Source: an uncultured delta proteobacterium
GTDB lineage: Bacteria > Desulfobacterota > Binatia > Binatales > Binataceae
Length of the DNA: 64,000 nucleotides
Assembly: GCA_963836955.1 (NCBI GenBank)
Contig: CAWILO010000005.1
Span: 207,466 to 271,465, forward strand
Direction: 5' to 3'
Shown here piece after piece: positions 56,810-64,000 of the stretch. Position numbers and translations under genes: made by a program. The notes beneath the pieces were generated by a model, which was not told where the DNA came from, made no database searches, and was given only the letters and a program-made list of their open reading frames with translations. Numbering within the stretch: position 1 is the stretch's first letter; each line of letters begins with the position of its first letter.

Positions 56810-58038
56810 TGAAGTACATCATCATTCATGGCGATGGGATGGCCGATTGGGCGTGCGACGAGCTCGGCGGCAAGACGCCGCTTGCGGCTGCGCACAAGCC
56901 CAACATGGACCTGACGGCGACGCGCGGGACGCTCGGGATGGTCGCGACGATTCCCAAGGGCATGCCGTCGGGCAGCGACGTCGGCACGATGACGATGCTC
57001 GGCTACGACCCGGCGAGGTATCACACTGGACGCGCACCGATTGAAGCGGCGAGCCAGGGAATCGAGATGGGGCCGCGTGACGTGGTGTTTCGGATGAATC
57101 TCGTGTCGCTGAAACCGGGCGAGGGCGGCGCGATGATCATGAACGATTTCACGTCGGGCCATATTACCAGCGAGGAGGCGGCGCAGATCGTCGCGGACCT
57201 GCGCAAGGAATTGGCGGGCGACGGAATCGAGTTTTTCAACGGCGTCAGCTACCGGCATCTGATGATGTGGCGTGGCGGCATCGCGACGACGCATCTCACG
57301 CCTCCGCACGACATCACGGGCAAGCCCGTCGAGGATCACCTGCCCAAGGGTGCAGGCGCGGATCTGCTGCGGGACTTGACGCGGCGTTCGGCGGCGATTT
57401 TGCGCGAGCATCCGGTGAACAAGGCGCGTCGCGACGCCGGCAAGGCTGAGGCAAGTTCGGTGTGGTTCTGGGGGCAGGGCACGCGGCCGTCGGTGCCGAC
57501 GCTCAAGGAGCGCTTCGGTGTCGAGGGCTCGGTGATTTCGGCGGTCGACCTCGTCAACGGGCTCGGGCGGCTCGCCGGCCTGAACCTGATCAAGGTTCCC
57601 GGGGCGACCGGATTTCTCGATACTGATTACGCTGCGAAGGGACGTTACGGCCTCGAATCGCTCAAGACGCGCGACTTCCTGCTGCTTCATATCGAAGCGC
57701 CGGACGAAGCCGGACACATGGGACGCGCCGATCTGAAGAAGGAAGCGATCGAGCGCATCGACCAGTTGATAATCGGGCCGATGCTCGCGGGGCTTGGGAC
57801 GCTTGGTGATTTCGCGATCCTGCTGATGCCCGATCACGCAACTCCAAGCCAACTCAAGACTCATTCGCCGGAACCCGTGCCGTTCGCGCTGATGACCTCG
57901 GCGCAGTTCAAGTCGGGCGGCGGCGTGCCGCACCGCTACACCGAAAGCGACGGCGCCGCGACGGGCATACTCGTCGGCGACGGCTATCACCTGATAGAAT
58001 CGCTATTCGGTAGCCCCTTGAAGACCACATCGAACTGA
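56809..58038 (+). CDS. ApgM-type (archaeal-type cofactor-independent) phosphoglycerate mutase homolog; candidate non-orthologous homoserine kinase
   Basis: 409 aa. Metalloenzyme-superfamily pattern (IIIHGDGMAD; LHIEAPDEAGH; PDHATP). Start overlaps the preceding stop. Located in the hom-thrC cluster. Confidence 0.75.
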   Translation: MKYIIIHGDGMADWACDELGGKTPLAAAHKPNMDLTATRGTLGMVATIPKGMPSGSDVGTMTMLGYDPARYHTGRAPIEAASQGIEMGPRDVVFRMNLVSLKPGEGGAMIMNDFTSGHITSEEAAQIVADLRKELAGDGIEFFNGVSYRHLMMWRGGIATTHLTPPHDITGKPVEDHLPKGAGADLLRDLTRRSAAILREHPVNKARRDAGKAEASSVWFWGQGTRPSVPTLKERFGVEGSVISAVDLVNGLGRLAGLNLIKVPGATGFLDTDYAAKGRYGLESLKTRDFLLLHIEAPDEAGHMGRADLKKEAIERIDQLIIGPMLAGLGTLGDFAILLMPDHATPSQLKTHSPEPVPFALMTSAQFKSGGGVPHRYTESDGAATGILVGDGYHLIESLFGSPLKTTSN

Positions 58039-58053
58039 CCCCGGGAGGCCTGG

Positions 58054-59007
58054 ATGGAGCGGAATCTTGCCCTCGAAGTGGTGCGCGCGACGGAAGCGGC
58101 GGCGCTGGCAGCGGCGCGGTTCATCGGCAAAGGCGACGAGCGGATGGCGGATCGTGCTGCGTGCGACGCGATGCGCAAGACGCTGAACTCGGTCGCGATG
58201 GACGGCAAGATCGTGATCGGCGAGGGCAAAGAGGGCGACGCCGAGTTTCTCTACGAGGGCGAAATCGTCGGCACTGGCGCGGGAACTGAAATCGACGTCG
58301 CACTCGACGCGATCGAGGGTCCCATTATTTGTGCGACCGGCGGTCCCAACGCGCTGTCGTGCGTAGCGCTGGCGGAGCGCGGCCGAATCCTGCGCTGCCC
58401 CGACACCTACATGGACAAGGTCGCGTGCGGGCCGGCAGGACGCGGCGTGATCGATATCGACAGGTCGCCAACCGACAATCTCAAGGCACTGGCCGAAGCC
58501 AAAAAAGTCTACGTCGAAGATCTACGGGTCGCGATTCTCGATCGGCCCCGGCATGAGAAGTTGATCAATGAAGTCCGGCGCGCCGGCGCCGGGATCAAGC
58601 TTATCTCTGCCGGTGACTTGTCCGCCGCGATCGCCACCACCCGGCCCGAGAGCGAAATCGACATGCTGATCGGAATCGGCGGAGCGCATCAGGGCGTGCT
58701 CGCGGGAGCTGCGATTCGTTCCGCGGGCGGCGAGATGCAATGCCGATTCGTGCCGCGCAACTCCGAAGAAGCGGAGGCGTGCCTCGCGATGGGGATCATG
58801 GACTTGAAGCATCGCTACACGCTGGAGGAACTGGCGGGCGAGAACGTGATGTTCGCGGCGACCGGCGTGACCACCGGCGACTATCTGCGCGGCGTGCGAT
58901 TTTTCTCCGGCGGCGCCAATACCAACAGCGTCGTCATGCGCTCGAAGACCCGCACCATCCGTTTCATCGAGGCGATTCATCATTTCGACTTCAAGCCCGA
59001 GTACTAA
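58054..59007 (+). CDS. glpX: fructose-1,6-bisphosphatase class II
   Basis: GlpX motifs (DRAACDAMR; IGEGKEGDAEFLYEGE; GGAHQGVLAGAA). Confidence 0.85.
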   Translation: MERNLALEVVRATEAAALAAARFIGKGDERMADRAACDAMRKTLNSVAMDGKIVIGEGKEGDAEFLYEGEIVGTGAGTEIDVALDAIEGPIICATGGPNALSCVALAERGRILRCPDTYMDKVACGPAGRGVIDIDRSPTDNLKALAEAKKVYVEDLRVAILDRPRHEKLINEVRRAGAGIKLISAGDLSAAIATTRPESEIDMLIGIGGAHQGVLAGAAIRSAGGEMQCRFVPRNSEEAEACLAMGIMDLKHRYTLEELAGENVMFAATGVTTGDYLRGVRFFSGGANTNSVVMRSKTRTIRFIEAIHHFDFKPEY

Positions 59008-59033
59008 AGCCGGTGCAGGAAGGTAGTTGAAAT

Positions 59034-59225
59034 ATGTGGCTGCGCGTGACGATGGATGACAAACCGGTGATGATTTACGGCGATCGGGTGCTGAGAATCG
59101 CGGAGATTCCGGGCGAGGAAGGGAAACGTGGATGCCACGTGTATCTCTCGCTCACCGAGTACCTGGTCGTCGATCAATCGCTGCGCGAGATGATGATTTC
59201 GCTCGGCTTCGAAGAGCGGCAGTAA
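59034..59225 (+). CDS. small hypothetical protein (weak FlbD-like pattern)
   Basis: 63 aa. Hydrophobic periodicity loosely resembles FlbD-family small proteins. No flagellar context nearby. Confidence 0.3.
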   Translation: MWLRVTMDDKPVMIYGDRVLRIAEIPGEEGKRGCHVYLSLTEYLVVDQSLREMMISLGFEERQ

Positions 59226-59228
59226 TCC

Positions 59229-60014
59229 TTGCCAGAATCGGAATCGCCTAGAGAGGGCGACGTAGTCGTTCGCCGAGGCGGACGAGTCGACGGGCTGTTC
59301 GGCGCGATGAAGCCGGGCGTCGTACTCGACATCCCGGCGGGCGGAGCCGTCCAGTCGCGGGCGCTCTCGCAACTAGGCTACCGCGTCGTGTCGGTCGACC
59401 TCTTTCCCGCCGCGCGCCGCGAGCCCACTGCCGCATGGATCTGCGCCGATGCCAACGACGTGCTGCCGTTTCGCGACGCGGCCTTCGACTACGTGTTGTC
59501 GCGCGAAGGAATCGAGCATCTCGAGGATCAGATGGGATTTCTCCGCAACTGCGCACGGGTGATTCGGCCGGGCGGGAAGATCGTGCTGACGACGCCCAAC
59601 CTGATGCATCTGTCGGCGCGTGCGAGCAGCTTTCTTACCGGTCAGCGCAATCTGCGCCGCGGCCTGATGAATGAGATCCAGACGCCGCGCAGCCGCGATC
59701 CGCGGCGGATTTATCACGGCCACGCGTTCATGCTCGACTATTATCGCGCGCGCTACATGATGCGCCTCACGGGCTTCGACCATCTCGAAGTTTATACTGA
59801 CAGGTGGAGTCCGACGTCGGTGGCGATGTCGCCGATCGTCCCGATTCTCTGGATGGCGATGAAATTCTCGGCCGCGACATCCGCCAGGAATGCACGCCGT
59901 CCGGGGCATCGCCCTCCGCGGGACGAGGTCACCCGCGAGATCATCTCCCACGTCCTTTCACCCGCACTTCTCTACGGCAAGCGAATGATAATTGTCGCCG
60001 ATCGCATCACCTAG
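59229..60014 (+). CDS. class I SAM-dependent methyltransferase
   Basis: Motif I-like VLDIPAGGA and post-I motifs (IRPGGKIVLTTPN). Confidence 0.65.
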   Translation: MPESESPREGDVVVRRGGRVDGLFGAMKPGVVLDIPAGGAVQSRALSQLGYRVVSVDLFPAARREPTAAWICADANDVLPFRDAAFDYVLSREGIEHLEDQMGFLRNCARVIRPGGKIVLTTPNLMHLSARASSFLTGQRNLRRGLMNEIQTPRSRDPRRIYHGHAFMLDYYRARYMMRLTGFDHLEVYTDRWSPTSVAMSPIVPILWMAMKFSAATSARNARRPGHRPPRDEVTREIISHVLSPALLYGKRMIIVADRIT

Positions 60015-60063
60015 TCACGAAGCAGCGACAACGGAGCGGTGACAGTGCAAGACCTAAATCATT

Positions 60064-60085
60064 GGATGCAGGGTCACCCCTGCCT
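60064..60085 (+). repeat. partial repeat element copy D (first hairpin only)
   Basis: GCAGGGTCACCCCTGCC, one G shorter than in copies A-C. Confidence 0.5.
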
Positions 60086-60596
60086 ACATCATCTGCAAAG
60101 CCTGGCAGGTGTGCGATTCGGGTTTGAACTGACCGCTGAGACACGACAGCTTGGCGGCATCGATTAGCGCCGGCTCGTCCCATTTCGTCGGCCACGGCCC
60201 GGTATTGACGGCGGCGCACGCCTGGTTGTTGCCCATCGAACACCACGCACTCAACTCTCCATGCAGCACCGCCATCTGCTGGCACGCGTCCTGTTTGCCG
60301 GCATTACAGGCAGGGGTTCCCGTCAGAATCGGCGCAGTGGACTCGATCAGGACCTTGGTGTCACTCACCTGCTGCACGATTGTATGACACGCAGCCTCGT
60401 TACCTTCGTTGCATCGCTGGGTTGATTCGGCGCGAACCTTCTCGACAAAATCCTCCGCCGGCCCTGTGCATCCCGAGGCGCCGAGCAGCGCGACCGCGAG
60501 CGCGAACATGCTGACGACGGCGGCCAGGCTCGCGGCGTGCGCTCTGGATTCGGCGGGCATCGGCGCATTGTTTCGCGCGCGATTAGTGTCACGCAA
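60084..60596 (-). CDS. Cys-rich lipoprotein
   Basis: Lipobox LLGASGC; 10 additional Cys in the mature part. Confidence 0.5.
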   Translation of the reverse strand: MRDTNRARNNAPMPAESRAHAASLAAVVSMFALAVALLGASGCTGPAEDFVEKVRAESTQRCNEGNEAACHTIVQQVSDTKVLIESTAPILTGTPACNAGKQDACQQMAVLHGELSAWCSMGNNQACAAVNTGPWPTKWDEPALIDAAKLSCLSGQFKPESHTCQALQMM

Positions 60597-60653
60597 GCCT
60601 CAGCGCCATCCGCGGGGGTTGACAGTCAAAGCGCGGAGGGCGGAATTAGAAGC

Positions 60654-61433
60654 GTGGAACTCAAAAATATAATTTTCGAAAAAGCTGCGATTGCAACGCT
60701 CGCCGTGAACCGGCCGGATGCGCTCAACGCGTTGAATCGCGACGTGCTCGAGGAAATGGCGCGCGTGATTCGCGAGGTGCGTCACGACTCGTCGGTGCGC
60801 GTGCTTATCGTCACAGGCGCGGGCGAGCGCGCGTTCGTCGCGGGCGCGGATATCGCGGCGATGGCAAAAATGTCGGCCGCTGACGGCCTCGATTTCTCGC
60901 GGCTGGGCCATCGCGTGATGGAGAGTTTCGAGGACCTGCCGATTCCCGTCATCGCGGCCGTCAACGGCTTTGCGCTCGGCGGCGGACTCGAGCTGGCGCT
61001 CGCGTGCGACCTGATCATCGCGAGCGAGAAGGCGCGGTTCGGGCAGCCCGAGATAAATCTCGGACTCATCCCGGGCTTCGGCGGCACGCAGCGTTTGCCG
61101 CATCGAATCGGGCATAACAAGGCGCGCGAGCTTATCATGACGGGCGACATGTTCGACGCGAAGACCGCGTTGGAGCTGGGCCTCGCCAACCAGGTCGTGG
61201 CGCCCGGCGATCTGATCGAGACCGCGCGCAAGCTGGCCGAGAAACTCGCTACTAAATCCGCGTTCGCGCTTCGCCAGGCAAAGGCTGCGCTACGGGCCGC
61301 ATTCACGATGGAAGAGGACGCGGGCCTGCGCTTCGAGCAGGAGGCGTTCGGCGTAGTGTTCGGCAGCGCTGACAGGGTCGAAGGGACGAGCGCATTCGTC
61401 GAGAAGCGCCCGCCCAAGTGGCAGCACAAGTAG
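60654..61433 (+). CDS. enoyl-CoA hydratase/crotonase
   Basis: Crotonase motifs (AAVNGFALGGGLELALACD; GLIPGFGGTQRL). GTG start after a GGAGGG SD. Confidence 0.85.
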   Translation: MELKNIIFEKAAIATLAVNRPDALNALNRDVLEEMARVIREVRHDSSVRVLIVTGAGERAFVAGADIAAMAKMSAADGLDFSRLGHRVMESFEDLPIPVIAAVNGFALGGGLELALACDLIIASEKARFGQPEINLGLIPGFGGTQRLPHRIGHNKARELIMTGDMFDAKTALELGLANQVVAPGDLIETARKLAEKLATKSAFALRQAKAALRAAFTMEEDAGLRFEQEAFGVVFGSADRVEGTSAFVEKRPPKWQHK

Positions 61434-61587
61434 CGTTCAGATCGTCTGATTCTTGAGCAGCGAGTCTTCGCGATACTTCCACGCTTCGAGAATTTTCGTC
61501 TCTGTCATTTCTCCGTAACTGACTCTCGTTATGGTTTGCCGCCTGAAGAGGCGGGCTCCATAAACCGTTACCAGGGAGGAAGAACGG

Positions 61588-63099
61588 ATGATCGAGCAAC
61601 AAAAATCGAGGCGGAAGAAATACCTGCGAATCGTACCAATCGTCGGGCTCGCGCTGATGGCATTCTCGCCGCCAGCGGGCGCGTTTGAGCACGGTCCATT
61701 CGGTGGCCCTGTCGTCTGGACCAGGAACAGCGCGCCTAGCGAAACGATGATCAAAGGGGGTGGGTGGACGTTGGAACAATCGGGAGCGGCCAACGGCCTG
61801 AAGTCGTCCGGCTATTGCGATGCAAGTCAAAATCAGATCGGCAATCCCGGCATCGAGCGAATGCAACCGTACTACTTCCCGACAATTTTCGGGGCTGGGA
61901 CTCACCTACAGGGATATTTTGACTGGCGTCCCAAAGATATTGATGAGGCGGTCGCCGCCGCATTTTCTGACGATGCCGGCCATACCTGGACCTTCCAGAG
62001 CAAGGTGCTGGAACTGCGGAAAGATTGTCCCACCCAGGCGAACAAGGAACCGGACGGCGAAAAAGACGCCGTCGGCGGCAACAACGCCGACAACGGCGAC
62101 GATGACGGCCAGGGGCATCAGTACATAATCAAGATCGCGGGCCACACCTACCTCTACACGCTCGTGCGAGCGGCGGGTCACATCGACGTAGACGATCTCG
62201 GCATTCACGACCTGTCTTCCACGGTTGCGAATCCATTGAACGGGGCTCCAGCGCTCACGGATGCTCCGACGGATCAATCGCCTCCGGGTACTCCGGAATT
62301 TCCGGTCCATACCATCGGCCTGCTGAATCCTGACGGGATTCTCGCCTCGATTCCGGGCACGTGGCCGTTGAAGGTCATTTATGAGCAGAAGATTCTGAAC
62401 GGCGACAATACCGGCTCGACAGCGCTTCCGGCCGCGCAGCAGTGTAACACGGCTTGGGCAGGCTTCTATGCTGCTAACGGCGGACTTTCGCCCAACGACG
62501 ACATCACCTACTTGCGCCTGGCGACGACCACTGACGGAGTACATTTTACGGATCTGGGTCAATTGCAGGGACTCAATGATCCCACGACGGTGTCGATCGA
62601 GGGCACGCGCTGGCTCGCGACAGCCGGCACCGTTATCAAGTTGTTTGGTGGACGATACGGGCTGCTGTTCTCCGGCGGTAATTGCATCGACGCCGACTCC
62701 GATTCGTTCCACTACATCGGTTATGCCGAATCGAATGATCTGCTCAACTGGACGGTGGTTAACGGCCTCAACAATCCGATCGCCTCGGTCTTCCCAGCGA
62801 CGGTTTCGGTGAACGCCCAAGGCGTCCCCGCCACCGGCCCCGGAACTTCCAATGTCACGATCCCTTCTGGCGAGCCGGTTGTGGGCGATACGCCTGGATT
62901 CTTTGCGGGCCGCGTCTATGCGCCGAGCGCGACCCAGTTGGATTTCAACGACATCACGGTGATCTTCGCGGGATATCACACCCAGAAGCCAAAGAACGGC
63001 CTGGGCGACTATCGGACTATCGGCAGAGTCAGCCTGCATTCTTCGCAATTTCTGGAAGAGGTCGGACCGGTTGGTGGTGGCGAGGGTGACGGCGACTAG
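61588..63099 (+). CDS. secreted hypothetical protein
   Basis: Signal peptide (IVPIVGLALMAFSPPAGA). 503 aa rich in Gly/Asn/Asp/Thr; no family recognised. Confidence 0.5.
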   Translation: MIEQQKSRRKKYLRIVPIVGLALMAFSPPAGAFEHGPFGGPVVWTRNSAPSETMIKGGGWTLEQSGAANGLKSSGYCDASQNQIGNPGIERMQPYYFPTIFGAGTHLQGYFDWRPKDIDEAVAAAFSDDAGHTWTFQSKVLELRKDCPTQANKEPDGEKDAVGGNNADNGDDDGQGHQYIIKIAGHTYLYTLVRAAGHIDVDDLGIHDLSSTVANPLNGAPALTDAPTDQSPPGTPEFPVHTIGLLNPDGILASIPGTWPLKVIYEQKILNGDNTGSTALPAAQQCNTAWAGFYAANGGLSPNDDITYLRLATTTDGVHFTDLGQLQGLNDPTTVSIEGTRWLATAGTVIKLFGGRYGLLFSGGNCIDADSDSFHYIGYAESNDLLNWTVVNGLNNPIASVFPATVSVNAQGVPATGPGTSNVTIPSGEPVVGDTPGFFAGRVYAPSATQLDFNDITVIFAGYHTQKPKNGLGDYRTIGRVSLHSSQFLEEVGPVGGGEGDGD

Positions 63100-63335
63100 T
63101 CTGTCACGCTGCTCGCGACGCATATTGTACGATTGGGTGCCGGGGCGCGATCGTCCCGGCACCCGAATTCACAGGCTAAGGACGCGGCGCTGGTGCTCGA
63201 TTTGCGATGGGGGCGAGAGGGTTGACGACTTCGGGCCCCTGTGGGAAACTTCGGCAAAAGAGAAGGACCGCGCCGCCGCACGGGCGGCGTTAGTCTTTCT
63301 GATAGCATCATCATCGAATAGTTCGGAGGATCTTC

Positions 63336-63776
63336 ATGGCTGAGCAGGCTCAAGCTACTGACACGGGACCGCGCCCGATCGTTCCATGGCTGAAATTGGC
63401 GCCCAAGCCCCATCTCGAAGGTATCAAATGCGCGTGCGGCGCAATCTATCTCGATCCCAAGCGCGTCGCATGCTCGAAATGCGGCGAAACTGACAAGTTC
63501 AAGCCGCAGACATTGTCCGACAAGGGCAAGGTGTACGTGTTTTCGGTCGTCCACCAGTCATATCCGGGAATCAAGACGCCGTACGTAACGGCGATTGTCG
63601 ATCTGCCCGAGGGCGTCAGCGTCCGCGCTAATCTGACCGGCGTCGATCCCGAGCAGGCGCAAAAAGAACCCAACAAGATTTTCAACTTACCGGTCGAGTT
63701 GGTGACCGGCGTTGCGGCCAAGGATCGCGAAGGGCACGACGTAGTGGCTTTTTCGTACCAGCCGAGTAAAAATTAG
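63336..63776 (+). CDS. Zn-ribbon/OB-fold protein (DUF35 family, thiolase-associated)
   Basis: CxxC...CxxC Zn ribbon (CACGAIYLDPKRVACSKCG) followed by an OB fold. Sits immediately upstream of a thiolase-like gene. Confidence 0.65.
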   Translation: MAEQAQATDTGPRPIVPWLKLAPKPHLEGIKCACGAIYLDPKRVACSKCGETDKFKPQTLSDKGKVYVFSVVHQSYPGIKTPYVTAIVDLPEGVSVRANLTGVDPEQAQKEPNKIFNLPVELVTGVAAKDREGHDVVAFSYQPSKN

Positions 63777-63855
63777 GGTGCCCAGCAAGCGCTAGCGCGG
63801 CGAACAACTTTACGACGGACCTGAGCTTCGGGCCGGGCCGCCAGGAGGAATCAAG

Positions 63856-64000
63856 ATGCGAAATGTTTATGTTCTCGGAACCGGGATGATCAAATTTGGA
63901 CGCTATCCCGACAAGACCGTTCCGGAACTGGGCGGCCAGGCGGTGCTCCTCGCGCTCAAGGACGCTGGAGTCGGAATCAAGGACGTCGAGATGTTTGCCT
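63856..64000 (+). CDS. thiolase-like (SCP-x/acetyl-CoA acetyltransferase family), 3' truncated by window edge
   Basis: N-terminus MRNVYVLGTGMIKFGRY is typical of the thiolase partners of DUF35 proteins. Confidence 0.6.
   Translation, partial: MRNVYVLGTGMIKFGRYPDKTVPELGGQAVLLALKDAGVGIKDVEMFA

Overview
This 64 kb window is high-GC (about 65%) and almost certainly chromosomal DNA of a Gram-negative bacterium. Supporting genes include LptB, lipoproteins, a GspC-like protein and Flp pilins. Most of the window is housekeeping: prfA-prmC-murA, hisD-hisB-hisA, a 2-hydroxyacid dehydrogenase, an ADP-forming acyl-CoA synthetase plus a flavin monooxygenase, sppA, an acyl-ACP desaturase, a D-Ala-D-Ala carboxypeptidase, gshA, glpK, lptB, suhB, acyl-CoA dehydrogenases, ubiB, an MFS transporter, an aminotransferase-hom-thrC-hydrolase-ApgM-glpX cluster, an enoyl-CoA hydratase and a tRNA-Arg(CCG). 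Five unexpected things stand out.

1. At 33.7-36.0 kb there is a compact candidate RiPP module. A small gene encodes a signal-peptide-like leader followed by a Trp-rich tandem WxN repeat (WRN WRN .. WPN WHN WPN WHN WHN WHN WHN W). Immediately downstream sits a radical SAM/SPASM enzyme and a translationally coupled hypothetical gene. This resembles triceptide (three-residue cyclophane) or darobactin-type precursor plus maturase pairs and is the best candidate for a new system.

2. At 6.0-9.4 kb there is a lower-GC island with an AT-rich leader, two tandem Flp pilins, two TadE-like pseudopilins and a TadG-like vWA protein. The Tad secretion ATPase, secretin and peptidase genes are absent from the window.

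3. A family of multi-hairpin palindromic repeat elements (about 60-100 bp) occurs in at least four intergenic positions. Two copies are inverted and bracket glpK plus a GNAT gene.

4. Four genes are disrupted. A MetX-like gene carries an in-frame TAG. A seven-bladed lactonase carries an in-frame TAA. A membrane-protein gene has a frameshift in a C8 homopolymer. A beta-helix membrane-protein gene has another frameshift.

5. An ApgM-type phosphoglycerate-mutase homolog sits next to hom-thrC where thrB would be expected, which makes it a candidate non-orthologous homoserine kinase.

A further promoter-operator-terminator leader upstream of the MFS transporter is noted. All coordinates, starts and functions are inferred from the six-frame translations and motif recognition only; no searches were run.
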